Source of the DNA: Acetomicrobium hydrogeniformans
GTDB lineage: Bacteria; Synergistota; Synergistia; Synergistales; JAFGMB01
DNA length: 64,000 bases
Direction of reading: 5' to 3'
NCBI GenBank assembly: GCA_016841745.1
Contig: JAENYO010000002.1
Span: forward strand, 422,729 to 486,728
Numbering within the stretch: the first letter of the stretch is position 1; every line of letters begins with the position of its first letter. The notes under the pieces are model-generated. The model saw nothing but the letters and a program-made list of their open reading frames with translations. It did not search any database and had not been told where the DNA came from. Made by a program: the position numbers and the translations under genes. This document shows, piece after piece, positions 9,922 through 19,564 of the stretch.

Positions 9922-10980
9922 TTACATTCTAATAAATTCCTGGATATTTGGATGGTTAAATATCATTGTCTCCTGAAGCGGAAGTTTTTTTCCTGCACCA
10001 GCTGCTATTGCTCGAGTATACATATCGTAAGCTAACTTAACGTCTATGTAAGAAAGTCCTACCGCGTTAAAGTAAGTTCGTTCCGAGCTTGATTCACGGC
10101 CTGCTTTTTCCCCAGAGACTAGATCTGCAAGATTTCCATGGATGTCATCATCTGTCAGTTCTCCAGCCTGATACATGTCTGCCAGAGTCTGATCACGGTG
10201 TTTAACAGCTTCCCAGTCATCACATACGATCTTTTCGCATTGTTTTGCAACGGCATATTCATCTTCCCACCCGCCAATGTGGCTGTAAAATGCGCCAGGT
10301 TTCATCCACGAAGCTTTCAGCAGAGGTCCATAAGCGGTTGTTGCAGTTACAAGAATATCCGCTCCATCCATGGCTTTTTTTGAATCTGTATCAGCTGAAA
10401 GGAAGGTCATGTCCGGGAATATGGGACTCATCTCCTGGATAAAACGCTCCTCTTCTTTTGCATATTTAGCCGCAACCCTGCATTCTTTCAGTCCTGGAAA
10501 AACCGTTTTCATTCCAACAAGATGCATTTTAGATTGCTCTCCAGCTCCGATGAAACCAATACTCTCCGAATCCTTTCTGGCAAGATATTTGGCTGCAGTT
10601 GCTCCAACAGAGGCCACTCTCATATTGGATGCAAGTGTTCCATCCATTACCGCAATAGGAAAACCTTTTTCTATTTCAGACAGGACCAGGAGAGCGGAAA
10701 GATTCTGAACGCCATATTTTTGTGGATTTGGAGGAAACACGGAAACCCATTTCATGCCGCAGATCTTCTGAGGGAGCAGGGTAGCAGGTAGGCAGTTTAT
10801 CCTTTCCTGGGTTTGATCGTTGAATACCTGAACTATTTTGTCAGGGAATAGTATTTCATTATTTGTAAACGCCAGTAGCCCTTCTTCAGTTGATCGGATG
10901 GCCATCTTCATGTCGAAACATCCTGCATTAAGCAGGTCTTCCTGAGATAAAAAAGTAAGTTGAATTTCACTCGTTGTCAT
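9922..10980 (-). CDS. Ornithine cyclodeaminase/mu-crystallin family imine reductase/dehydrogenase
   Basis: GMKWVS.FP.N, MDGTLASNMR, GAGEQ, VGLSYID motifs; ATG 10980 behind aaggaagggg. Confidence 0.88.
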   Translation of the reverse strand: MTTSEIQLTFLSQEDLLNAGCFDMKMAIRSTEEGLLAFTNNEILFPDKIVQVFNDQTQERINCLPATLLPQKICGMKWVSVFPPNPQKYGVQNLSALLVLSEIEKGFPIAVMDGTLASNMRVASVGATAAKYLARKDSESIGFIGAGEQSKMHLVGMKTVFPGLKECRVAAKYAKEEERFIQEMSPIFPDMTFLSADTDSKKAMDGADILVTATTAYGPLLKASWMKPGAFYSHIGGWEDEYAVAKQCEKIVCDDWEAVKHRDQTLADMYQAGELTDDDIHGNLADLVSGEKAGRESSSERTYFNAVGLSYIDVKLAYDMYTRAIAAGAGKKLPLQETMIFNHPNIQEFIRM

Positions 10981-11073
10981 TTTTTCCCCTTCCTTTTTAA
11001 ACATTAAATTATTGCACTAATCAGATTTTAAGAGGGATATTTCCATGGGGGAATTAACGTGGTTTGATTGTTT

Positions 11074-11115
11074 GATGACCCAATGGAGAAGGTAAAACCT
11101 CTCCACTGGGTCATC
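11074..11115 (-). terminator. Stem-loop downstream of dctP2 (probably a stabiliser; no U tract)
   Basis: gatgacccaatggag...ctccactgggtcatc. Confidence 0.5.
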
Positions 11116-11154
11116 GGATGTAGAAAATCGGATCTTACGTTACGTTATTACTTA

Positions 11155-12159
11155 TTACTTGAGGTCTTTAGTAACTTCGTCGAAAACTTCTGGTCCGACA
11201 TCTTCTCTCAATGTAGGCCATACTTCTGCTCTTGCCTTATCGGACATTTTCTGCAGTTCTTCGTTGTTAAAGGTAATGACTTTAACGCCATAATCCTCAA
11301 GCTTCTTCATGTTCATCTTTTCATCTTCTTCAGCGTTCTTCCAACGGCGAGTTTCCATCTCATTGGCGGCATTCTGTATAATCGCCTTGTCTTCATCGGA
11401 TATCTTATCCCAGAGTTCAAGATTCATATAAAGATACCAGAATTCAAGGTGGTCATTTACAGCAAGGAAATATTTTGCAAGATCTCTGAAGTTCGCATAA
11501 TATCCTTCGGCTCCGGCACCTATAGCGCCGTCTACGATTCCTGTCTGCATTGATGTAAAGGCATCAGACCAAGCGATAGGAGTCGAAATGTATCCCAGGG
11601 CCTGACCAGACAATTCATAAGCTTTCATTGGGGGTACACGGATCTTGATCTTTTTGGGAACATAGGGATCTCCGGGTGCGGGTGGTTCTTTGAGGGTGAT
11701 AATACCACCGAAATATACTGGCCAACCGGAAATCATTTTGATATTCTGCTCGGACAGGAATTTGTCTACAGCGTTCTGGAGAGTGCTTCCTTTGGCGTAA
11801 ACGGTGCGGGCCTCTTCCCAATTCTTAACGAGATAGGGAGTAACATAAATTCCTACCCGTTTGTCAACAGTTGTTCCCAGACAAGCGAGATACATATCGA
11901 CATCACCCATACTGCATCTTTCCTGGACTACTGTGTAGTCTCCAAGCTGATTAGTCGGGTAAATGTCAAAAGTGATACGTCCACCTGAATCTTTAGTGAC
12001 CTTTTCTACGAACCATTTCACATCTTTATCAATGGCGGTTCCTTCCGGACGAATATGTCCTATCTTCCAATGGTATTTCTTTGGAGCTGCCGCACACACC
12101 CCTGCTCCCAACACTACTACAAATGCTACCAATATCGCGAGTGCCAATAACCTTTTCAT
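11155..12159 (-). CDS. dctP: TRAP substrate-binding protein (paralog 2)
   Basis: Signal peptide, KIRVPP, MQTGIVDG; clearly homologous to 6312-7319. Confidence 0.92.
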   Translation of the reverse strand: MKRLLALAILVAFVVVLGAGVCAAAPKKYHWKIGHIRPEGTAIDKDVKWFVEKVTKDSGGRITFDIYPTNQLGDYTVVQERCSMGDVDMYLACLGTTVDKRVGIYVTPYLVKNWEEARTVYAKGSTLQNAVDKFLSEQNIKMISGWPVYFGGIITLKEPPAPGDPYVPKKIKIRVPPMKAYELSGQALGYISTPIAWSDAFTSMQTGIVDGAIGAGAEGYYANFRDLAKYFLAVNDHLEFWYLYMNLELWDKISDEDKAIIQNAANEMETRRWKNAEEDEKMNMKKLEDYGVKVITFNNEELQKMSDKARAEVWPTLREDVGPEVFDEVTKDLK

Positions 12160-12219
12160 ATTATTTTGTTCCTCCTCTCGTATTGTGAATCTTTTTCTGC
12201 TGTATTTTGTACCAGTTCC

Positions 12220-13215
12220 CTATACAAAAGAGAACGTACTGCCAAGACCTTTTTCTTTTGCTCTCTCAAGAACTACTGTGGCTACAGCAACATCCATGGC
12301 TCCTGTGCCGATGGGGATGCAGAGGATCCTTTCCTTTGTAAGGTCGGGTGCTGGTTTCTTTCCTGCAGCCAGTTCACCTATAGTGCAATAGATGTTATCT
12401 TCCGTGATCTTACCCATTTCGTTGAGCTCTTTGAGGGCACCTCTATGGAGGCACTGACCTATATGGTCAACAATTATCTTATCTGCACCGAGGATAAATT
12501 CATTATCACATTCCTGGTATGACCCCATGGGGAAGAGGGCAGTTCCAGGCTTGATCCACTCATTTTTGACGAACCTATCTTTGGACTGGGTAACACAGAT
12601 AACAGCATCTGCATCAGAGGCCTCTTTTGGTTCAGATGCGATCTTTATTTCACCTTTGACGTAGTCCTTCATATCTTCCTTGAATTTTCTGGAGGCTTCA
12701 GGGTAAACATCATATACGGTCAGTTCTTCAATATCGAAAACTTCTGATATAGCCATTGTCTGGGTGTGGCCCTGCATGCCAGCACCATAGAGACCTATCT
12801 TGATCGTTTTCTTTTTATGCATGTATTTCAAAGCAACGGCAGTCTGTGCGCCTGTTCTCCAATTGGTTATAAGCGCACCGTCCATAACGGCCCTGAAATT
12901 ACCTATCTTGGGATCAATGAGCATTGTAAGAGATGTAATGTAGGGCAAACCCATCTTTTTGCGTTCTCCCAGAAAACCTCCGGCCCATTTAATACCGGCT
13001 GAATCGAGCCATCCCACATATGCGGGCATAGCGTTCATGAAACCTTCGTAGGGGGGATATGATGCAGTTTCTCCTAAATCCAGACCAACCTTGGTGGGAT
13101 TAATGGTTGTACCTTCACCAAAACCCTTGAAGGTTTTGTCTACTACCTCAACTACGTCTTTCATGGAAATGACACTTTCAATATCTTTCTGACTTAACAA
13201 CACTGTTTCAAACAT
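12220..13215 (-). CDS. Ornithine cyclodeaminase/mu-crystallin (alanine dehydrogenase-like) family protein
   Basis: AMPAY, GIKW, MDG..IT..RTGA, GAGMQG, GTGAMD motifs. Confidence 0.9.
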   Translation of the reverse strand: MFETVLLSQKDIESVISMKDVVEVVDKTFKGFGEGTTINPTKVGLDLGETASYPPYEGFMNAMPAYVGWLDSAGIKWAGGFLGERKKMGLPYITSLTMLIDPKIGNFRAVMDGALITNWRTGAQTAVALKYMHKKKTIKIGLYGAGMQGHTQTMAISEVFDIEELTVYDVYPEASRKFKEDMKDYVKGEIKIASEPKEASDADAVICVTQSKDRFVKNEWIKPGTALFPMGSYQECDNEFILGADKIIVDHIGQCLHRGALKELNEMGKITEDNIYCTIGELAAGKKPAPDLTKERILCIPIGTGAMDVAVATVVLERAKEKGLGSTFSFV

Positions 13216-13320
13216 ACTTCCTTCATCTCCCTCGAATGCTATATGAGTTTATTGCTTATAAAGCGGATATACTAATTGAAACCAGTTAGTCCAACAATAG
13301 AAATCACCATTTTCGCCTGG

Positions 13321-14910
13321 TCATTCAATCGGCTTATGAGAACATTTTTGCAACCATTCCTTTTTTAACCTGCATCCTGTTTTTGTGGCCCCTAACCCTC
13401 CAAAGGTAGAACCTCTAAATTCTACAGGCATCAGCTGTTGGACATTGATGAGTGCATCGATAACCTCATCAGGCGGGATAACACTTACAACGCCGGATAG
13501 TGCCATGTCGCATGCTGAAAGAGCGTTGGCTACACCAATTGCGTTTCTCTTGATACACGGAACCTCAACTGGACCGGCTACAGGGTCGCAAATCAGTCCA
13601 AGGACACTTTTCAAGGCAAGTGCGAAAGCCTCAGAAACTTCAACGGGTGAACCTCCAGCCATTTGGGCCAGACCTGCAGCGGCCATTGCGGAAGCAACCC
13701 CGATCTCAGACTGACAACCGCCAAGGGCTCCAGAGATGGGTGCTCTCATAGAAACGAGTACACCAAAAAGGGAAGCTACAAGAAGTCCATCCACTATTGT
13801 TTCAACATCAGCACATCTTTTTTCTGATACAGAGGAAAAAACACCTGGAATTACACCGCAAGCTCCTGCAGTAGGACAAGCTACTACACGGCCCATGGAA
13901 GCATTGGTTTCCATGGATGCAATAGCCCTTGCTATACCCAGAGATAAAACCTGCCCTGAAACCAGCTTATTTTTCTCATATGCTGTGAGGATCTTCTGAG
14001 CATCTTTCCCACCCATAAGACCTCCGACCATATTATTGGGACCCCTTAAGCCTTTTTCAATGGAATCTTCCATTACTGTCCATCTTGCTTTGAATTTTTC
14101 TCTTATTTCTTCAGGAGCCAGGCCGCTTCTTGATGTTTCATAGGAAATAGCTGCTTCAGATAAAGATAGCTTTTCAGCAGTACATTTTTTAAGTGTTTCC
14201 CTTATGGAAGTTAGTGATGGTTCAGGGTTGTTCAACTCATATTCATAAAGTGATCTGATCGACCTGAAATTAATCCCTGAAGCTTTGAGTTCTCCTTTAT
14301 TGGGGTGTAAACCCATGTCTTCTTGTTCAGGCGCCCTTACAGATATCATTACTTTTGAATCATCAACTTGTGAACTGTAATTCTGTACTATTTCCAATAA
14401 GGGATGATCTTTTATTAGTTTTTCAACTGATTTTCCGGGTCCCCATGCAATGAGCATATCTTTCTTTCCCCGGAAATCTGTTTTTATCCCATCAATTTCT
14501 TTGATAAGAACTTCTCCTCCTCCTACTGTAATCCCAATGATGCGTAGCTGGTAATCACTAGCAGTAAGGAGCATTTCGATTGTGTTTGGGTTTCTGTCGC
14601 TTGCTCTTTGGGCATGAATTATTACGGTTATCCCCATGCTTTTTGCCTGTTCAAGGGATGTTCTGACACCAGGGTCATCCACTGCCAATTCGATCAACCC
14701 GGCTACAACTCCCGAATCTGTGAGGTGCCCCTTATATGTTTCTGCGAGGGGACCATAGAAAAACAGGTGAATTTCTTCAGGTTTCTGACCAAATATCTGC
14801 CGTCCCATGATACCTATTCGTACTGCCCCTGCGGTATGGGAACTGGAGGGACCAGTCATGATCGGTCCTGTGACATCAAAGAGACTTATTGCAGGAGATG
14901 TATTACTCAT
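13321..14910 (-). CDS. sdaA: Fe-S L-serine dehydratase, beta and alpha subunits fused
   Basis: N-terminal GPIMTGPSSSHTAGA (beta); C-terminal PTAGACG, GGCQSE, GLICDPVAGPVEVPCIKRN (alpha, Fe-S cysteines). Confidence 0.88.
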   Translation of the reverse strand: MSNTSPAISLFDVTGPIMTGPSSSHTAGAVRIGIMGRQIFGQKPEEIHLFFYGPLAETYKGHLTDSGVVAGLIELAVDDPGVRTSLEQAKSMGITVIIHAQRASDRNPNTIEMLLTASDYQLRIIGITVGGGEVLIKEIDGIKTDFRGKKDMLIAWGPGKSVEKLIKDHPLLEIVQNYSSQVDDSKVMISVRAPEQEDMGLHPNKGELKASGINFRSIRSLYEYELNNPEPSLTSIRETLKKCTAEKLSLSEAAISYETSRSGLAPEEIREKFKARWTVMEDSIEKGLRGPNNMVGGLMGGKDAQKILTAYEKNKLVSGQVLSLGIARAIASMETNASMGRVVACPTAGACGVIPGVFSSVSEKRCADVETIVDGLLVASLFGVLVSMRAPISGALGGCQSEIGVASAMAAAGLAQMAGGSPVEVSEAFALALKSVLGLICDPVAGPVEVPCIKRNAIGVANALSACDMALSGVVSVIPPDEVIDALINVQQLMPVEFRGSTFGGLGATKTGCRLKKEWLQKCSHKPIE

Positions 14911-14994
14911 GATCCATCCAATCCTTTCTAATAGAAGAAAAATTTAAACATTCTCGAGAAAAATCGTTTCCTTCTACTGTTAAAAGTCCTAATA

Positions 14995-16293
14995 TCAGTA
15001 CCCAAGAAGGGTTGGCAAGAATGTTACAAGCGGAGGCCAATAGGTAGTTAAAAATACAATAGGAAGATAGCCTACCAGCAGGAATATCATAGTTGGTTTC
15101 AGGATCTCGGCGAATTCACATTTACCAATGCGCATTCCAAGATAGAGAATGCTTGCATAGGGCGGGGTTACGCCCCCCATGGCAAGGTTGACGCCCATGA
15201 TGGCTGCGAAATGGACGGGTGTTACTCCCAGATGGCTTACAAGTGGCAGAAGCAGGGGAGCGAGGAGGATCATTCCAGTAATATCGTTGACTATCATTCC
15301 AGATAGAAAAAGGACGATATTCACAAGGAAGAGAAGGATGAATCTGTTTTGTGTAAAGTTGAACACGATCTCAACAATAGCCTGAGGAACCTTCAGCATT
15401 ACATATGTCTGGCTGAGCATGAGACAGAAGATGATCATTACCATGATGGATCCCACTGTTGAAGCAGATTCCCTGATAATTTCGTAAAAATTTCCAAGCT
15501 TAAGGCCCTTATAAATGAGGAAGCCTACGGGAAGAGAATAAACCGCAGCTACGGCAGCAGCTTCTGTGGGAGTAAAGACACCACCATAGATCCCGCCAAG
15601 AATAATAACGGGCATCATGAGAGCTGGGAGTGCTTTCCAGGTTCTGGGTAAAATCTCACGGCGTTTCTGCTTTATAACTATTGAAGATTCAAGGGTGAGA
15701 TCAAACTTTTTTGCCCACACGAGGTTGATGATCGAAAAAAGTGCTGTAATTAGTAATCCAGGACCAACCGTAGAAAGGAAACATGCAAGGATCGAAGTTT
15801 CGGTGACCCATCCGTAGATTATCATTATTACGCTTGGCGGTATTAACAGACCAAGAATAGAAGATACCGTGACTAATGCTGTTGCATAACCCCTGGGATA
15901 TCCCTGTTCAACCATACGAGGGATCATTATTGGTCCTGTAGCCGCTACTCCGGTAAAACCACTTCCAGAAATGGCTCCTATTATCGCGCAGGTCACAGCG
16001 CAGACAACTCCTAGGCCTCCCTTAATTTTTCCGATGAAAATATCCACAAAGTCAAGAAGGCTTTTAGCTATGCCACTTCCGCTCATAAGTGTTCCAGCGA
16101 GGATAAAGAGAGGACTGGCAAGGAGGACGGAGCTGGTCATCTGGTTAAAACCCCAAAGCATCATGCTTTTCATGGAAAGGTCTCCAAAAATGGACATGAA
16201 CATCAGTGCTCCTCCAAAACAGAAGGGGAGGGGTACACTTAACATAAGAAGCGCCACGAGAAGGACAACATCAAAGAATACAATTGTAAGCAT
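14995..16293 (-). CDS. dctM: TRAP transporter large permease (paralog 2)
   Basis: Long runs identical to 4847-6151, e.g. GAISGSGFTGVAATGP and GVNLAMGGVTPPYASILYLGMRIG. Confidence 0.93.
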   Translation of the reverse strand: MLTIVFFDVVLLVALLMLSVPLPFCFGGALMFMSIFGDLSMKSMMLWGFNQMTSSVLLASPLFILAGTLMSGSGIAKSLLDFVDIFIGKIKGGLGVVCAVTCAIIGAISGSGFTGVAATGPIMIPRMVEQGYPRGYATALVTVSSILGLLIPPSVIMIIYGWVTETSILACFLSTVGPGLLITALFSIINLVWAKKFDLTLESSIVIKQKRREILPRTWKALPALMMPVIILGGIYGGVFTPTEAAAVAAVYSLPVGFLIYKGLKLGNFYEIIRESASTVGSIMVMIIFCLMLSQTYVMLKVPQAIVEIVFNFTQNRFILLFLVNIVLFLSGMIVNDITGMILLAPLLLPLVSHLGVTPVHFAAIMGVNLAMGGVTPPYASILYLGMRIGKCEFAEILKPTMIFLLVGYLPIVFLTTYWPPLVTFLPTLLGY

Positions 16294-16308
16294 GAAAAAA
16301 CTCCCTTC

Positions 16309-16827
16309 CTATTCTGAAGCCTTAAAGGCCTTTATCAGTTCTTTAAAATAATCCCGGACTTCCACAATCGTATAAATTGACATCAATATCAAACTTATAA
16401 AAAGAGCACTTTCTCCAAAAACAAGAGGGATGTAGAGAGTTGCACTCTGCTTCATAACTCGGAGAGAATATCGGAAATACCCGTAAGCCCAGTAAGTAAG
16501 CCAAAAACATACAGTCAAAGAAACCAGTCCTTTTACAGCATGGAACAAGGCTATTGACCGGGGGCGTTTAATATACAGAGTAAGGACTCCACAGGTTATA
16601 TGGGTACCTTCCCAGGATGCGCTTGCTCCTCCCAGCATATACAGCCATATTGCTGGAAATAGAAGGAGTTCTTCGATACCCATAAGGGGGGCATGTAATA
16701 CGTATCTTAGAATCACCTGGATAAAGACAAGAAAGGTTACAGATAACATGAGGAAGAAGAGAGCTACACTCTGGATAGAATACATTCCATTCCAGACGAT
16801 CCTCGATAGTGATGATTTTTCGTTCAT
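16309..16827 (-). CDS. dctQ: TRAP transporter small permease (paralog 2)
   Basis: QVILRYV...APLMGIEE, four TM segments; aggagg RBS. Confidence 0.9.
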   Translation of the reverse strand: MNEKSSLSRIVWNGMYSIQSVALFFLMLSVTFLVFIQVILRYVLHAPLMGIEELLLFPAIWLYMLGGASASWEGTHITCGVLTLYIKRPRSIALFHAVKGLVSLTVCFWLTYWAYGYFRYSLRVMKQSATLYIPLVFGESALFISLILMSIYTIVEVRDYFKELIKAFKASE

Positions 16828-17038
16828 GATTTTCCTCCTTATAAAAGTTTATCTTTCCATACTGACGTTTTAAAGTGTATAAATAATACATAATGTAGTA
16901 TTGTATGTTTGTCTGACATTTAGTGGTATAATTCAGATTAAAGTAGTTTGAAGATTATGTCAAGTTGGAAACATGTTGTTTTTTTGAGTGAACAAGTCTT
17001 GTTATAAATTTTGTGATGGAGCAATGGAGGTACGTACA

Positions 17039-17791
17039 ATGAAGCCTATTGCTAAAACTTCTGTAGTAGACCAGGTGATCAAACAGTTCATGTCAGCAAT
17101 AAAATCAGGAAAATGGGAACTTGGTGAAAAAATTCCTGGAGAACTTGAACTGGTAGCGTCATTAAAAGTCAGTCGTACTTCCATAAGGGAGGCATTGAGG
17201 GTTCTCTCGTATTTTGGAGTTATCATCTCAAAACCTGGATATGGTACGGTTCTGGCGCCTAATGCCATCAGACTTCTTTACAATACTGAACTTGCGCTGC
17301 TTCTCTCTCAGGATCGGGAGGTAGAGGAGATGTTTCAGGTACGTATTTTTATTGAGCCTCAAATTGCCTATTGGGCTGCTATTAAGGCCACTAAAACTGA
17401 TATTAAAAGGATTGAAAACACTCTCAAGGGCTCCACTACTAAGGCTGATCTGGAGAAAATGACGTTAGATAAGAAACTTGAAATAAGTTCTAATTTCCAC
17501 AGGGCTTTAGCTGAAACTACTCGCAACAGGTTGATTATCAGCATACTTGATTCCATACAGGGTGAGATCGACAGGCTGAGGGTAGAAGTGGAATCAGAAT
17601 GGATCCCTGATGATCTGGATACTTCGTTGTTGCAGCATAAGGAGTTGCTGGAATATATCAAGGAATGTCTTCCAGTGAAAGCCAGAGATTTTATGTTCCA
17701 GCACTTGATGTATGGAATACATCTTAAAGCAGGTGCAGAGAATGACCTCTTCGAAAAACAATTGTTGAATGGCCGGTTTTCTCGTGCATGA
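17039..17791 (+). CDS. FadR/GntR-family regulator 2
   Basis: GEKIPGELEL...VSRTSIREAL plus FCD; ATG 17039 behind ggaggt; divergent from TRAP operon 2. Confidence 0.9.
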   Translation: MKPIAKTSVVDQVIKQFMSAIKSGKWELGEKIPGELELVASLKVSRTSIREALRVLSYFGVIISKPGYGTVLAPNAIRLLYNTELALLLSQDREVEEMFQVRIFIEPQIAYWAAIKATKTDIKRIENTLKGSTTKADLEKMTLDKKLEISSNFHRALAETTRNRLIISILDSIQGEIDRLRVEVESEWIPDDLDTSLLQHKELLEYIKECLPVKARDFMFQHLMYGIHLKAGAENDLFEKQLLNGRFSRA

Positions 17792-17852
17792 GTATCTTTG
17801 AATTTTATTCAGGATTCAGTGAAGGCTATTACGGTTAAGGAAGGATATTCAA

Positions 17853-18554
17853 TTGTATAGATCAGATATGTTGAAAAAAAAACTGATTGCCAATGGGGCC
17901 TCACTTGTCGGATTTGCAGATCTGGGGAGTATGGATGATCGACCCTTTAATAATTACCCTTTTGCAATTTCCATTGCAGTGGCTCTTGATCCAGAAATAG
18001 TGCTTCAGATAGCCGAAGGACCTACAGTTCAATACTGTGGGGAATATGAAAGGGTTAATCTGGTTCTCAATAAAATTGCAGATTATACAGTTGAACTTAT
18101 TCATTCCCTGGGTTATACGGCAAGTACCCTGTCCGCAACAGATCGAAAGTATGTTGAAGGAGCATTCCTGACATCGATCTTTTCGCATAAAAAGGCCGCG
18201 ACGATTTCAGGCTTAGGCTGGATAGGGAAAAATGACCTTTTAATAACAAAGGAGTTTGGTTCTGCTGTAAGATTTAACACCGTTTTTACAAATATGCCTC
18301 TTTTTACGGGAAAGCCTATTCAGCGGTCCTTTTGTGGAAATTGCCATGCCTGTGCTAAGGCATGTCCTGCTAATGCACCTTTTGGTGTGTTGTGGAATAC
18401 AGGTATTTCCCGTGAGGAATTGCTTGATATTCACACCTGTTATTCACAGGCAAAAGAACTTTCAGAAGAAATTGGGGTAGAGCCGATAATATGCGGAATC
18501 TGTATAGCTGCCTGTCCCTGGACAAAAAAATATATAAAAACAGCCTGTAATTGA
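17853..18554 (+). CDS. QueG/epoxyqueuosine-reductase-like 4Fe-4S protein
   Basis: GA.LVGFA, SHKKAA..SGLGWIGKN, CGNCHACAKACP and CGICIAACP. Confidence 0.8.
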   Translation: MYRSDMLKKKLIANGASLVGFADLGSMDDRPFNNYPFAISIAVALDPEIVLQIAEGPTVQYCGEYERVNLVLNKIADYTVELIHSLGYTASTLSATDRKYVEGAFLTSIFSHKKAATISGLGWIGKNDLLITKEFGSAVRFNTVFTNMPLFTGKPIQRSFCGNCHACAKACPANAPFGVLWNTGISREELLDIHTCYSQAKELSEEIGVEPIICGICIAACPWTKKYIKTACN

Positions 18555-18694
18555 TACAACCATAATGTAAAGCGGAAGAACGAATCTACTAATGGCTAAG
18601 GGATGTCCGTCTCCTTTAATAATAATCATTAACATATTACCGTATTCTCCTTGCCAGTAAGAGAGTAACAGGTAGAGCATTGTTGATAGGGGGT

Positions 18695-19288
18695 TCATTT
18701 CGTAATAGTCATCATTAGTGCAGTACACGTTTTTTCACCCTTGGCTCGTCCTCCATGGGGGTATGAGCCATCAACAAAGAGGCAGTCTCCCGGTTTAAGT
18801 TCGTAGTGTTTTTCAAGAAAGTGAAATTCGAGAATACCTTCGAGGACGTATATGAATTCTTCAACATCTTCTGTGAAGCGTGGAGATGCTTTATACTTCG
18901 TTGGGTAGTAGGTCAGAATAAATGTATTTAAGTTTTTATTGGGCCATTTGCTGCTAAGAGAGTGAAAGTCATAACCATGGAGGCCAACTTTACTTTCTTT
19001 TTCATGATATTCGCTGTTCTTTACAAGTAGAAATCTTGGTTCATTTTCTTCTTTAAATAAACTTCCGATCTCTACATCCAGGTTTTTGGCTATTTTCGAA
19101 TATGTGGAAACTGGCGAACTAACTTTGCCATTCTCGATCTTGGACAAAAGGGCTTTTGACAACCCTGTTTTTTGGGCTAGATCTTCAAGGGTCAGGTCGT
19201 TTCTTTGTCTTATTTCACGAATTTTTCTGCCGATGGATGTTTCAATATCCAGGCCTTCGATGTTGATTTCTTTATCATTTTCAGGCAT
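18695..19288 (-). CDS. XRE-family HTH plus cupin regulator (PuuR/SutR-like)
   Basis: IG.KIREIR...LAQKTGLSKALLSKIENG; cupin EEFIYVLEG...PGD; divergent from the reductase operon. Confidence 0.9.
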   Translation of the reverse strand: MPENDKEINIEGLDIETSIGRKIREIRQRNDLTLEDLAQKTGLSKALLSKIENGKVSSPVSTYSKIAKNLDVEIGSLFKEENEPRFLLVKNSEYHEKESKVGLHGYDFHSLSSKWPNKNLNTFILTYYPTKYKASPRFTEDVEEFIYVLEGILEFHFLEKHYELKPGDCLFVDGSYPHGGRAKGEKTCTALMMTITK

Positions 19289-19494
19289 TTTAAATCCCTC
19301 CTGATTAACGAGTAGTTATTTGTTTTCAACGAACTATTGATAGAAATAAAATTCAATAAAAGGATTTCAAAGAGCAAGTCTAAACCATATGTAATGTCTA
19401 CGGCTCTTTGAATGAAAAACAGCTAATTATACTTGTTAAGCCACTTGTAATTATATTGACTTTTTCGAGTAATTGTTGTTTACTCTCATTATAC

Positions 19495-19515
19495 TTGTTT
19501 CGCGAGAGGAAATAA
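19495..19515. promoter_or_regulatory. Candidate XRE operator upstream of the grd-like operon
   Basis: Imperfect palindrome TTGTTTC-N7-GAAATAA downstream of a TTGACT -35-like hexamer at 19456. Confidence 0.35.
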
Positions 19516-19564
19516 AGGTCGAGATAAACTTTGCAAGTTCCCCAAAATATTGGAGGTGAAAGGG

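Noticed and set aside
18540-18600. Sec read-through at the TGA ending the QueG-like gene
   Set aside because: The domain is already complete, there is no redox motif at the UGA, and no convincing downstream hairpin.
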